Shown here: piece after piece, positions 46,371-56,022 of the stretch
How positions within the stretch are numbered: position 1 is the first letter of the stretch
Layout: every line of letters begins with the position of its first letter
From: Bryobacterales bacterium
GTDB lineage: Bacteria > Acidobacteriota > Terriglobia > Bryobacterales > Bryobacteraceae
NCBI GenBank assembly: GCA_003157745.1
Contig: PMKM01000242.1
Location: forward strand, 67,375-131,374
Reading direction: 5' to 3'
Length of the DNA stretch: 64,000 nucleotides
Translations under genes and position numbers: made by a program
Notes under the pieces: model-generated
Told to the model about the DNA's origin: nothing
Database searches by the model: none
What the model saw: the letters and a program-made list of their open reading frames with translations, nothing else

Positions 46371-47161
46371 GACTGTGTTGTCTCGTTCTCCACAAAATAG
46401 TCTTTCGCCTGATCCGGCGTTGAGATTGTGTCGCCGTTGACGGCCATCGCGAACTCCAAGTGGTGTTTTAGTTTCACATGTAGCCCAGTAACGATTGAGG
46501 GCCATTTGCGAATTCTAGTGGCTAAGACATTGAACTTTCTTGGAAGAAAATCGATCTGGACCCCGCAATCATCCAGTGCCGCGAGCAGTGCAGGCTGCTC
46601 AAAATACTCCTCGTGATGACCGATCGTTGAACAATACAGCGCAAGTGCCCTATCGAGCCACCGTCGGTGACTCTGCCGGTTCAGAATTAGCAGGCCACTA
46701 TTGAGCCAGTTAGAACAGGATCGAGTAACGTTGGTAAAGGCGATGATCTTCGCACAATAATCTGCGCGCTGAACACCCTGTTCCTGACACGAGAAGGCAG
46801 ATCCTGGACGGCCTATAAACTCTGGGGACGAAAAGTCATAGTCCTGCTTGGGATAGTGGATGTCCAGCGTGAAGTCCCGACAGGCTACTAGATTGCTTCT
46901 CCCGGCGAAGACTGATGGGCGCCATGAGTTCAGGCATATCCAGTCGGCGTCAAAATAGAGAACATCGGAATGGTCGAAATAGTCAAAGAGCGCGAGCCGG
47001 AGTGCAGCAGGGTGTCTAAGTCCGCTTCGAGAGAAGTGAGTGTGATCGAGAACGTGGCACTTGAGGCCAGTGTGCTCCTCAACGCAGGTCGCTGCTAGAG
47101 TTGCTAGCTTAGCGTAGGGATAGCCGACACCGATAGTTACGCCGATCATGGGACCCGTCAT
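46367..47161 (-). CDS. Putative GT-A fold glycosyltransferase (distant GT8-like)
   Basis: VLYFDADWICL (DxD), NSGLLILNR, and EQPALLAAL are in GT8-like order. ATGA overlaps on both sides. Confidence 0.5.
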   Translation of the reverse strand: MTGPMIGVTIGVGYPYAKLATLAATCVEEHTGLKCHVLDHTHFSRSGLRHPAALRLALFDYFDHSDVLYFDADWICLNSWRPSVFAGRSNLVACRDFTLDIHYPKQDYDFSSPEFIGRPGSAFSCQEQGVQRADYCAKIIAFTNVTRSCSNWLNSGLLILNRQSHRRWLDRALALYCSTIGHHEEYFEQPALLAALDDCGVQIDFLPRKFNVLATRIRKWPSIVTGLHVKLKHHLEFAMAVNGDTISTPDQAKDYFVENETTQS

Positions 47162-47796
47162 AACAGCGAGATATGATTCCGTTGTGCCAGATATTGAAAG
47201 AAGATCCGTTCAGAAGGCCATGGATGGCCGTGCCAGCCTGTCCAGGAGAACCCGACGGCTGTCTTCTGATACGCCGAATAACATGCTGAGGAGAGGACGT
47301 ACTTGGTGATTAGGTAACCGTTACTTGGCAGTACGCAGTGATGGGGCCATGTCTCTGGCAGCAAATCATCGCAGTGACGCGGGTCAAAGGTCAGAATGTC
47401 GGGCTCAGTAAAGTCTTTGAGAACGGAAGACATGAAGGCCGTAATGGCGGCAAGTCGCTCGGTATAGTCGGGTATGCGGTGTCGGGACGCAATTATTGCT
47501 GGGACGGCAGGAATTGGAAACCATATGCGTGTATTCCCCTGTTCCAACTCAGTGATCGTCGGCAAGGGACTCTCCGACAGGAGTTTGTGGTCTGAGGCGA
47601 AGTGATGCAGCAGCCAAGGATGGCTCGCGATTACCCACACGTCCATACGTGAGCCTGTTCGTGCTCCGAGGTTATTTAGGTGGTTGAATCTGATTACGAG
47701 TGAGGTAGAATCGACGAGACGATCATAGTTTACGGCAACGGGTGCATTCCCTACGATGGCCAACGAGAGTGGTAGTGTCGAAAGCGATTCCGCCAT
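47158..47796 (-). CDS. Second sialyltransferase-motif protein (paralogue-like of 43074-43634)
   Basis: From the internal ATG: LAIVGNAPVAVNYDRLVDSTSLVIRFNHL (motif L-like) and VLPSNGYLITKYVL (motif S-like). First gene of a five-gene overlapping minus-strand operon. Confidence 0.45.
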   Translation of the reverse strand: MAESLSTLPLSLAIVGNAPVAVNYDRLVDSTSLVIRFNHLNNLGARTGSRMDVWVIASHPWLLHHFASDHKLLSESPLPTITELEQGNTRIWFPIPAVPAIIASRHRIPDYTERLAAITAFMSSVLKDFTEPDILTFDPRHCDDLLPETWPHHCVLPSNGYLITKYVLSSACYSAYQKTAVGFSWTGWHGHPWPSERIFFQYLAQRNHISLL

Positions 47797-48683
47797 TGGG
47801 CCCGTTTCTTCAAAATGAAATGCACATCGACTAGCCGCACGCCAGTGTTGGTTTCCGCCAACGATGGCCATACAGAAAGGCCGGCGAAGCCCATCCGCCG
47901 CAGTGCACCGTCGGCTTGCGAGCTTCTGACACTGTAACACGGGACCGAATCCGGTAGAAGCCGCTTGCGGAAGGCAGTGGGGATGCGAAACCACCCATCC
48001 CGCCGTTCCGCCCTGCCAATGTGAAGCGCGCCTGAGTAGCGCAGCAATCCACCAGGGTGCTCAGGCACTCGCAGGTGTATTAATCTGCTGGAGGGCCGCT
48101 CTGATCGCCGGCGGCGGGCAGGTCGTAGAGGTTCGAAACGCGTCCACGACGGGGAGCCACCATTTCGTTTTCCTAAATTCCAGCCTTGTTTCAGTTGACG
48201 GCATAGCTTTGCGCGAGGCCGCGCATATCCCTCACATTCTTTGACCTCTACGACTTCCGGGCCGCTCTCGGTTTCAATGCTGTCCGACCGGAGGTGTGCT
48301 CGAAATGCCGCTGTATCGCCTTGGGACCCCGCCTTTCGCCTGCGAATTCTCTGTCTTCTCCTGTTGACGGGTCGCTCATGTTGACGGGTGTCCAGGCCGG
48401 GGTCTGCCCTGAACACGATTCGAACTGCACGGTTGACGGCCCCATTTCGAACTCGTGGTTGACAGCCTTGTCAAGGCCGCCGCCGGACGAAGAGTGGACG
48501 TTTTTCGGCTCTGCGGCTGGACCGCGCTGCGGCGGCCTTGACTGGCCAATCGGCTTTGGAGTGGAACGCGGTGCTGTTGGTGCGGCGCAAGAGGAAGCGC
48601 CGCCGCTGGTGCGCTCGTTCCAATAGAATGGGGTTTCCGCTCTGGGATGCGTTTTGCTCGTATGGAGCGGAATAGGACTGCCA

Positions 48684-49128
48684 TTGAGAATCTATCTCGA
48701 CGCCTGCTGCCTGAACCGTTTGACCGACGATCAGAGCCAAGCCCGAATTCGACAGGAAGCGGAGGCGGTTGAGAGAATCCTTCGCTTGGTACGGACGGGG
48801 CAGGCGACGTGTGTCAGTAGCACGGCCGTCGAGATCGAGATAAGCCGTAATCCAGACGAGAACCGGCGCCATGACGTTACCGCGCTGCTGGCTTTCGCAA
48901 TCGAGGTTGTTGCCGCAACGGGGCACTGCTGCCGAACGCGGCGCACACCTTACGAAGCTCGGATTCGGCGCGTTTGATGCTTTGCACTTGGCGTGCGCGG
49001 AACTCGGGCGTGCCGACGTGTTTCTGACGACCGACGATGACTTGCTTCGACGGGCGGGCCAGTTCGAGAACGAACTTCGCGTTCGCGTCCAAAACCCGGT
49101 ATCCTGGCATCAGGAGACAGGGCGATGA
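48684..49128 (+). pseudogene. PIN-domain toxin gene interrupted by a +1 frameshift in a G4 run
   Basis: RIYLDACCLNRLTDD (first PIN acidic residue) reads in frame 3 up to ...[20 protein letters not shown]...[13 protein letters not shown] continues in frame 1. The frames meet at GGGG (48920-48923), and removing one G restores a ~147-aa ORF. Confidence 0.65.
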
Positions 49129-49340
49129 CACCTCTCGACACGATGAGCGACGAAGCCTTCGAGCGGCGCGCATTGGCCGTCCCCCAGCGTGAACTTGGCC
49201 TGGATGGCCTTGCACGATTTCTCCGCCTCTATCGGTCTGGCTCCGGCGACTACACGCGCGACCGTCACCGCTGGCTCGAAGGAGCCACACTGCAAGAGAT
49301 CGTCGCCGAAGTCGAAGGGCGCGACAAGCCGGCTGCCTAG
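49125..49340 (+). CDS. Small (71 aa) partner protein, translationally coupled to the PIN gene
   Basis: ATGA overlap with the PIN stop. [21 protein letters not shown] resembles small proteins I recall seeing beside PIN genes. Function unverified. Confidence 0.45.
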   Translation: MTPLDTMSDEAFERRALAVPQRELGLDGLARFLRLYRSGSGDYTRDRHRWLEGATLQEIVAEVEGRDKPAA

Positions 49341-49793
49341 CGGTATTCAAGTCTCACCTGTCCCGAAACGCTTCATGTTGGATTGCCGCAGTTGTTGAGT
49401 GCTCGCGTGCCGCCGAAGCCGCTGCGGGTGGAGCGACGAGCCGCTGCGGACACTGGACGATGGTTTCGGCACCTCCGAAGCAGCTTTCGATGAGATCCTT
49501 GAGGTGCGCGGCAATTACCGACATAGCGATGATCGGTACGACGCCACGGGTGCGGCAACGTGCCTGTGGTTGCCAATGGCTGGTAACGCCAATTGATCGG
49601 GGCTGACGCGAGCTGGCGGATCGGATACTCTCCCAGCCACTTCAAGCGCTAGCATCAACACTCTGGGTTCCACTTTTGGGGAACGCTTCCAGAACACGAT
49701 TTCGACGGGGACCGAGTTTTTGCGGGCGACAGGGAGTGCTCCCGCCCCGATCACGCCTCTACGCGCCTGGCTCGTTGCCGCTGGACGTGCCCC

Positions 49794-50177
49794 CTAGAAG
49801 GGCGGCACGTCCATGGGCTCCGCCTCCTGCGGAACGGCTTCGGTCTGCTGCTTGGCGCGGTCGAGCTTGAGGATCGACTTGGTCCGGATCTCGACGATGC
49901 GATGCTTTGCGCCGTCCTTCTCGTACTCGCGGCTTCGCAACTCGCCTTCCACCTGAAGGTGCGCGCCCTTCTTGATGTCTGCCGCGAAGGCCGCGAACTT
50001 GGCGCCCCAGACGATGCAGCGGTGCCACTCGGTGCGCGACTGCCATTCGCCAGCGCGATCCTTCCAGGAATCCTTGGTCGCCAGCGAGAGGACCGTGTAA
50101 GGAATCTCATTCTTCGTAACTCGCTTCTCCGCGTTTTTGCCGAGAAAGCCGATGAGAGTGACTCTGTTTTGGAACAT
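49794..50177 (-). CDS. ssb: Single-stranded DNA-binding protein
   Basis: MFQNRVTLIGFLGKNAE...TEWHRCIVWG...GAHLQVEGELRSREYE is an OB-fold SSB pattern. The tail ends in MDVPPF. GGAGA RBS before the ATG at 50177. Confidence 0.85.
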   Translation of the reverse strand: MFQNRVTLIGFLGKNAEKRVTKNEIPYTVLSLATKDSWKDRAGEWQSRTEWHRCIVWGAKFAAFAADIKKGAHLQVEGELRSREYEKDGAKHRIVEIRTKSILKLDRAKQQTEAVPQEAEPMDVPPF

Positions 50178-50862
50178 GGTGTTTCTCCGTTTCTGCCCCG
50201 TTCGCTCGGGGCACACATCCCGGAGGGCGCGAGTGCGCGCTGCTCCCAAGGCAAGGGCTGCATTTCTTGGAAGGGGACCCAAACTCGCTTTGGGGAAGGA
50301 GTCCGGAAAAAGCAGAAGCCCGCAGTCCGCCGGGCGCAGCTACAGCGCCGAAGCGGTGCCTGAGCGAAAAGGGGTGAACGGGAAACACCCCCCGGAACAG
50401 AGTCTCAATGGCCGATCACGCGGGACGCCCGAGAAGCAGGCGTGACGACCGTTTCCTGAGGAACACTCGCCGGTCAATTCCTGGACGGGGTGCGGGGAGC
50501 GCGCAGTTGCCGGAAAACTGCGGAATGGGCTGGGGCCTACTCGCGGAACGTGCGGCGGTTACGAGGTGGCGCGTCATTTGGAAGGCGTGGAGCCGCGAGA
50601 CTGGATGAGGACGCGCCCCTACCGCTGCCGTCGTCACAGGTGAGTGTCGCTGTTTGGTCAGGGCGAACCGCTAGCCTCCAGAATTGGAACTCCGCGGCAG
50701 CAACCCGCCTATCGAAACGCTGACTGAGGGCGATTTCGCCCAGGAGCCGATACGCGTCGGCGGTTTCGGCAACGTACTAAGCGCCGTCCGTGAAGAGCAC
50801 CTTGCGGTTGATGGCGTGCCGGTGCCATCCATCTATCTGATTGAAAACGCAATTTATTATTG

Positions 50863-50889
50863 TTGCAGGGTGTCGGTTTTTGGTATACT
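50863..50889 (+). promoter_or_regulatory. Possible sigma-70-type promoter of the abiE operon
   Basis: TTGCAG (50863-50868), 15-nt spacer, TGgTATACT extended -10 (50881-50889), about 30 nt upstream of the abiEi ATG. Host promoter rules are unknown. Confidence 0.3.
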
Positions 50890-50920
50890 ATGAATGTCGG
50901 GTTTTTGCAAGGGCAGGACC

Positions 50921-51337
50921 ATGCGTCAACAGAGGACATTGCGCGAAAGGATCGAGGAGCGGATCGCACGGAAGCGGCGCGACGACGTGTTCCTTCCCCG
51001 TGAATTCCGGGATCTCGGCGGCGAGGATCAGGTGCTGCGGGTGCTGCGGGGTCTGGTCCGTGAAAGGCGCCTGGTGCGGCTCGGCTACGGCGTCTATGGC
51101 CGTGCCATCGTTTCGCGTCTCACGGGAGAGCCTCTCCTTTACAGCCCGAACGGGTTTCTCGGCGCTGCACGACAAGCCCTCACCAAGCTTGGCGTGAGCT
51201 GGGAACCGACCGAAGCGGAGCGGGCCTATAACGAAGGCCGCTCAACCCAGGTGCCGGTGAATCCGGTCGTGCGGGTGCGGGGACGCTTCTCGCGGCAGCT
51301 CCGTGACGGCACACTGGAGCTGGTGCTTGAGCGATAA
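50921..51337 (+). CDS. abiEi: AbiEi-family antitoxin/transcriptional regulator (type IV TA)
   Basis: The N-terminal wHTH-like segment is VFLPREFRDLGGEDQVLRVLRGLVRERRLVRLGYGVYGR. It overlaps the downstream AbiEii gene. Confidence 0.7.
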   Translation: MRQQRTLRERIEERIARKRRDDVFLPREFRDLGGEDQVLRVLRGLVRERRLVRLGYGVYGRAIVSRLTGEPLLYSPNGFLGAARQALTKLGVSWEPTEAERAYNEGRSTQVPVNPVVRVRGRFSRQLRDGTLELVLER

Positions 51338-52247
51338 ACCTTCACTTCAGGATCTGCTCGAAGTCCAAAGGCACTTTGGGCTGCCGAGCCCGGCGCTGGT
51401 CGAAAAGGACTGGTACGTCGTCAAAGCACTCGGCGCCATCATCGCCGCCGACACGGCGCCGTTCCGGCTGGTGTTCGGCGGGGGCACGGCTCTAAGCCGC
51501 GCGCATCGCCTGATCCGGAGGATGTCGGAGGACATCGATCTCAAGATCGTATCGGCGAGCCCGGCGACACGCCCGGCGCTCCGTCGTCTCCGTGACACGC
51601 TTACCGATGCCCTCCACGAGGCCGGGTTTCAGTTTGACCCGGAAAATCCCGAGCATCGGGAATCCGGCAATGCGAGCCGCTACACCCTCTACCGTCTGCC
51701 CTATGCCTCGATTGCGGCCGGGCAGGGGATCTTGCGGCCGGAGATTCAGATCGAGACAGCCGTCTGGCCGCTGCGCCTTCCACCGGTCGAGCGGCCGGTG
51801 ATATCTTTTGTGGCGGAGGCCTTCAACCGTCCGCCGGAGGTTCCGGCGATCTGCTGCGTGGCGCTCACTGAAACCGTCGCGGAGAAATTCGTGGCGCTCA
51901 CGAGACGGGCAGGGGCCGAGATCGCGGAAGCGGGCGGACCGCGTGATTCAACGCTTGTGCGCCATATATACGATCTGCACGTCATCCGCGCGCATTACGT
52001 TGCTGCCGAGGTCGCGGCACTCGCGCGAACCATCATGCTGGCTGACGCCAAAGCCTACGGCCATCAGTTCCCCGCCTACCGCGACGACCCGGTAGCCGAG
52101 ACAGTACGAGCGGTCGAAGGTCTCAGGAAAGACCCGGACTTCGCTGATCGCTACACCGCGTTCCGTCGGGACATGGTCTACGGTGAGAGCCCGGAATTCG
52201 AGACGGCGATGGCCACGATCACGGCCCTGGCGGGCCGGCTGAGATGA
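51303..52247 (+). CDS. abiEii: AbiEii/AbiGii-family nucleotidyltransferase toxin (DUF1814)
   Basis: EKDWYVVKAL...LVFGGGTALSRAH..IRRMSEDIDLKIV is the DUF1814 NTase signature. The start is uncertain (GTG 51303 or TTG 51327). Confidence 0.8.
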   Translation: MTAHWSWCLSDKPSLQDLLEVQRHFGLPSPALVEKDWYVVKALGAIIAADTAPFRLVFGGGTALSRAHRLIRRMSEDIDLKIVSASPATRPALRRLRDTLTDALHEAGFQFDPENPEHRESGNASRYTLYRLPYASIAAGQGILRPEIQIETAVWPLRLPPVERPVISFVAEAFNRPPEVPAICCVALTETVAEKFVALTRRAGAEIAEAGGPRDSTLVRHIYDLHVIRAHYVAAEVAALARTIMLADAKAYGHQFPAYRDDPVAETVRAVEGLRKDPDFADRYTAFRRDMVYGESPEFETAMATITALAGRLR

Positions 52248-52498
52248 GCGCGGCGGTAAGGTTAACAAATCGCAGGTCATTTGCGGCCGGGCCGCTGTGT
52301 TCTATGATAGTGCTCGAACACGACAATGAAATGGTGGCAAAACCAATCGTGACACACCGGCGTTGCAAGAGTGTATTATTGTCCTCCCTGAACGGCGCAC
52401 TTGCAGAGTTTCCTGAAACGGTCCGCGCTTGCACGTCGCTACAAAGCGCAGTCGCCGGCGTAGGAAAATGGGTCAGAAGCGTTATTAGTTGAAGGGTA

Positions 52499-53836
52499 AT
52501 GCAGGTGATGCTGCCATTCTTGACCGCATACGATCAGGTAGGAGGAAGTTCGGGCAGCATCGACCCGCTCGGGGCGCTTCAGACTTACGGTACACTCGCG
52601 GACTTGCTACTGCCGGGAGTGACTACCATCACCACGCGTTCACGCTATCTTTCCATGGTGTGCGCTGCGCTCGCCAATGCCGAAAAGTGGAGACCTTTTC
52701 TTCCGGGCGCTTCGGGTCTTGCTCAGCGACGAAAATCGGTAGAGCCCTTTGAACGGTTATGGGCACTAGCCTGCGTCGCGGCTCGAACATCTGGTCACGA
52801 AGGCGCGGCCGAGGGTCTGCGGGGCATCACCTACGCCGAGAAAAGCTATCAGAGCTTTGCGAGCAGTGGCAAGAAAGTGAACTGCGACTTTCCGTTGCTG
52901 AAATACCAATCTCGTACTGGTGCGGTCGGCACTTATTGGACCGCATTGGTCGGGGGACAGCTCGTACACGCCGATTCGGGATCGTTGGCCGACGAAGGGC
53001 ATGAACTAGCGAAATGCTTCCCTGAATTACCTCTGGAGAGCAAAGACAGAGGGAGGTTCGCCGATCCAGAAAGTGCCCATCGTGTCTCGCTCTCGCTAGA
53101 GGATCTGGCCGCTTGGGGTGAGAAGTGCCACTTGCAGGCAGCGGGGGGCAAGGAACGTGAGCGGCTGGGAGAAGCGCTGACAGCCGATGATCGCCGCGAA
53201 TGCGTAAGCCACGCGCTCTTAAGGATGGTAGGTGATATCCCGGATGTCTGGGAAACCGGTGATCTGAAGCGCCTGCGTAAGATTCTGGCAACCGTGCCAC
53301 GTGCCGTCGAGCGTGGTCTTCCCGTCGTGATCGACGCCATCGTGGTGACAGAACAATTCCACGAAGCGGTCTTGGCAGCGTTCGACACACTTCTGTGGTG
53401 GGGGACTCAGAATTCAGCCAAGCCCATCGCGGATCTGGTCACCGACCACGATTTCAAGAAGGCCGCCGACCGCTGCCGGGAGACGGCCACCAACCTGAGG
53501 AAATTTCGCGAGGAGTGCGAAAAGCTCGATGTGCGCAATTCGATCGAGGCTCTGGCCGGATTCTGCTTACAGGTGGACCACAGCCGGTCCGAGCGCGAAC
53601 TTGTGGATACGCTGCTGGATCGCCATCATCGTGTTCAATCGGGCAAATTGGACGGGGGAATGCCGAAGCAGGACTGGATCGGGTGTGACAGTACCATGCT
53701 ATTGCGACCGTCGCCCCGTTTCCAACGAAATGAGCGGCCAAGCCGCGCCGCGGGCATGTCACTAACGCACCCGTATCGGGTGGAGCCGTTTGTAGACATG
53801 CTCCGCGAGAACGGGGTGATCCCTGAAAGTAGCTGA
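52499..53836 (+). CDS. Hypothetical protein (445 aa), first gene of a three-gene operon with the PLD and SNF2 genes
   Basis: ATG after GAAGGG. A conserved-looking N-terminus reads IDPLGALQTYGTLADLLLPGVTTITTRSRYLSM. No catalytic motif was recognised. It ends 20 nt before the PLD gene. Confidence 0.7.
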   Translation: MQVMLPFLTAYDQVGGSSGSIDPLGALQTYGTLADLLLPGVTTITTRSRYLSMVCAALANAEKWRPFLPGASGLAQRRKSVEPFERLWALACVAARTSGHEGAAEGLRGITYAEKSYQSFASSGKKVNCDFPLLKYQSRTGAVGTYWTALVGGQLVHADSGSLADEGHELAKCFPELPLESKDRGRFADPESAHRVSLSLEDLAAWGEKCHLQAAGGKERERLGEALTADDRRECVSHALLRMVGDIPDVWETGDLKRLRKILATVPRAVERGLPVVIDAIVVTEQFHEAVLAAFDTLLWWGTQNSAKPIADLVTDHDFKKAADRCRETATNLRKFREECEKLDVRNSIEALAGFCLQVDHSRSERELVDTLLDRHHRVQSGKLDGGMPKQDWIGCDSTMLLRPSPRFQRNERPSRAAGMSLTHPYRVEPFVDMLRENGVIPESS

Positions 53837-53856
53837 AGAGAAGTACTGGATAATGC

Positions 53857-56022
53857 ATGGAACGAAGCTGCCGCCTCCTCGACCATTACTTGCCACCGGG
53901 CGAGGGGTTCGTCCTCGAATCACTCGTTGCGACAACGTACCAGGTCGATTTCGAGTTCTTTGAAGAAGAACTCTTGGCCACTGCGCTTGGTGTTCGGTCA
54001 CCCGTGTGTCGGCTGAAGGCGTTTCGGTCGGAATTAGAGCGAAAGCTTCAAAAGACAGAAGTGTCTGTCCTGTATGACCTTGGAGGCTGTAACCGGCTGG
54101 CTCGTCTATCCCCTCGGATCGACGCCGTCCCTGTGGTTTCCCGCAAGTTGCACTCCAAAATCTCGCTACTGATGTGGATTCGTGAAGACCGTACCGGTGA
54201 CGCGGCACCGGATCGACGAATGCGGCTGATCGTCGGATCGGCCAATCTGACTCGACATGGGTTCCGCCAAAACTATGAGTGCGTCGTGTCCGTGGACTAT
54301 GGCGGACGAATTTCGCCGCCCCGTAACCTTCTGACGACAGCTATCCAATTCGTTCAGCAGATGGGCGCCGAGTCAAACGCTCCACAACTTTCTCGCCAGC
54401 TTGCCACGCTTGCCGTCCAGGCCGCTCTTCTTCCGCAAGGAACCGTCGGGCCTGACGATGCGGTTGCGCTGGTCGCCGCAGACGAAGTCGTTCCGGCCAT
54501 CCGCAACTTGTGGGCTGCGGTGTCGCACGAAACTCCGGAGACGGTGATGGTTGTTTCACCGTTCTGGACCGAAGGCAGTACGGCCCCCGAAGCGCTGTTT
54601 CGCTTGTTTCAACAGCTTGGTACGCCGGCCAATTTGGAGCTGGTTTGTTGCGGCCAGAGGTCGGCGGACGGCCAGTCCTGGCTCCCGGTATTCGACAGCA
54701 GTCTAGCGGTGGATCTAAAGAAGCGGGTCAGCAGCCGACTTTTTTTGCGACCAGCACTACCGGACGCCAGCGTCCAGCATTCGGTGGCCGCGACCAATGA
54801 CATTGGTGACGAACTGGAGGAGAAGGAATTCGCCGCTCGGCTCGGAACCGCAAACGGCAATAATACGGAAGTCCAGCGCTCACTGCACGCGAAGATGCTT
54901 ATCGTGGATGGCAGGGCCGGAAGCATTCTTTACGCGGGGTCGTCGAATTGCACGCGCCGAGGCCTCGGGCTCGGCGGGCCTTCGAACTTTGAAGCAGGAT
55001 TCGTTTACCGCCTCACGCCACGTCAAAGGAAGCAGGTTTCTGATTTGTTGGCATTTGCTGGCCCCGCAACCGAAGTTCACGCCGACGTTGCACCATTAAC
55101 TGTTAAACCTCCCTCCGACGAAGAGACGACGTTCGTTCCGAGGTTTCTATCGGAGGTCGTTGCCTCGGGAACGGTGATCAGAGTCCACTTTCGAGAAACG
55201 GTTCCGACGGATCTCGTCTTACTGATGCCAATCCCCGCGCGGATGGATGAGGCCGGATACTGGCTCGTTTACCGAGCAGATGCACACGGCCAGCCTTCGG
55301 CTGAAGATGTTTCGGTAAATCTCGCGGCGTGCGAAAGATGCGATGAACACCTAAATGCACTTCCGGCCGACCCTTCTGGCCAGGAGATTCTGCCACATGT
55401 TTTTGTTGAGGTTCGTTGGGAGGGTCACGCGGCAGATTTTCCTGTTCGTTTTGACGACAAGACCCGTCTGCCTCTTCTTCTTGTCGGACGTAAACCCACC
55501 GAAGGAGAACTGATTGAATATTTCTTGTACGGCACCGAGCCTGACGCATGGCAGGAAGGAAGCGGTTCACCTGGAGAGGATTCCAAGAGACCGACGACCG
55601 ATGCGCCCATTGATACGAGGCGCATCTTGGCGTACTTCATTCGCCGGTTTGTGCAGGCGATCCCAGGCATTGAAGCTGAAATTCGACGTGCTGGCTACTC
55701 GCGCGCGTCGCTCGACGCAGCATTACGTGGTCCCACGAGCCCACTGGAGCTAGCGGAACGTGCCTATGCGAGTCTTGCGCGGGCCGCAACACCAGACCAG
55801 CCGGCAAAGACCCCGACGGCTGTCGGGTTCCAGTTGGTGGAGATACTCGCAGCGCTGCTCCGGTGCCGTTCTCTTGTCACCGAGTTTGAGTTATTGGACT
55901 GTTTCGAGCCTGTGATTGCGAGTTGCAGGAAGATGTTGGACACCTTGGCATCGGAGCAGCCAACACTACAGCAGGAGGGGTTTCGCTTTTACCAGCAACG
56001 AATCCTGGGAGACGCGAAATGA
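53857..56022 (+). CDS. Phospholipase-D-superfamily (double HKD) protein with a ~350-aa unassigned C-terminal region
   Basis: The first HKD motif is LHSKISLLMW...LIVGSANLTRHG (His codon 54151-54153). The second is LHAKMLIVDG...LYAGSSNCTRRG (His codon 54886-54888). Confidence 0.85.
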   Translation: MERSCRLLDHYLPPGEGFVLESLVATTYQVDFEFFEEELLATALGVRSPVCRLKAFRSELERKLQKTEVSVLYDLGGCNRLARLSPRIDAVPVVSRKLHSKISLLMWIREDRTGDAAPDRRMRLIVGSANLTRHGFRQNYECVVSVDYGGRISPPRNLLTTAIQFVQQMGAESNAPQLSRQLATLAVQAALLPQGTVGPDDAVALVAADEVVPAIRNLWAAVSHETPETVMVVSPFWTEGSTAPEALFRLFQQLGTPANLELVCCGQRSADGQSWLPVFDSSLAVDLKKRVSSRLFLRPALPDASVQHSVAATNDIGDELEEKEFAARLGTANGNNTEVQRSLHAKMLIVDGRAGSILYAGSSNCTRRGLGLGGPSNFEAGFVYRLTPRQRKQVSDLLAFAGPATEVHADVAPLTVKPPSDEETTFVPRFLSEVVASGTVIRVHFRETVPTDLVLLMPIPARMDEAGYWLVYRADAHGQPSAEDVSVNLAACERCDEHLNALPADPSGQEILPHVFVEVRWEGHAADFPVRFDDKTRLPLLLVGRKPTEGELIEYFLYGTEPDAWQEGSGSPGEDSKRPTTDAPIDTRRILAYFIRRFVQAIPGIEAEIRRAGYSRASLDAALRGPTSPLELAERAYASLARAATPDQPAKTPTAVGFQLVEILAALLRCRSLVTEFELLDCFEPVIASCRKMLDTLASEQPTLQQEGFRFYQQRILGDAK

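Noticed and set aside
47751-48445. ORFs 47751-48416 (-) and 48248-48445 (-) between the glycan cluster and the PIN locus
   Set aside because: Their translations are Arg-rich and low-complexity, with no motifs and no RBS-like context. 47751-48416 also overlaps the better-supported gene 47158-47796.
49373-49754. Possible degenerate IS5-like transposase C-terminal remnant on the minus strand. The fragments KWLGEYPIRQLA and VEIVFWKRS faintly recall the WLGRYRRL and IEIVKR blocks.
   Set aside because: The similarity is weak, spread over different frames, and lacks any inverted repeat. That is not enough to call.
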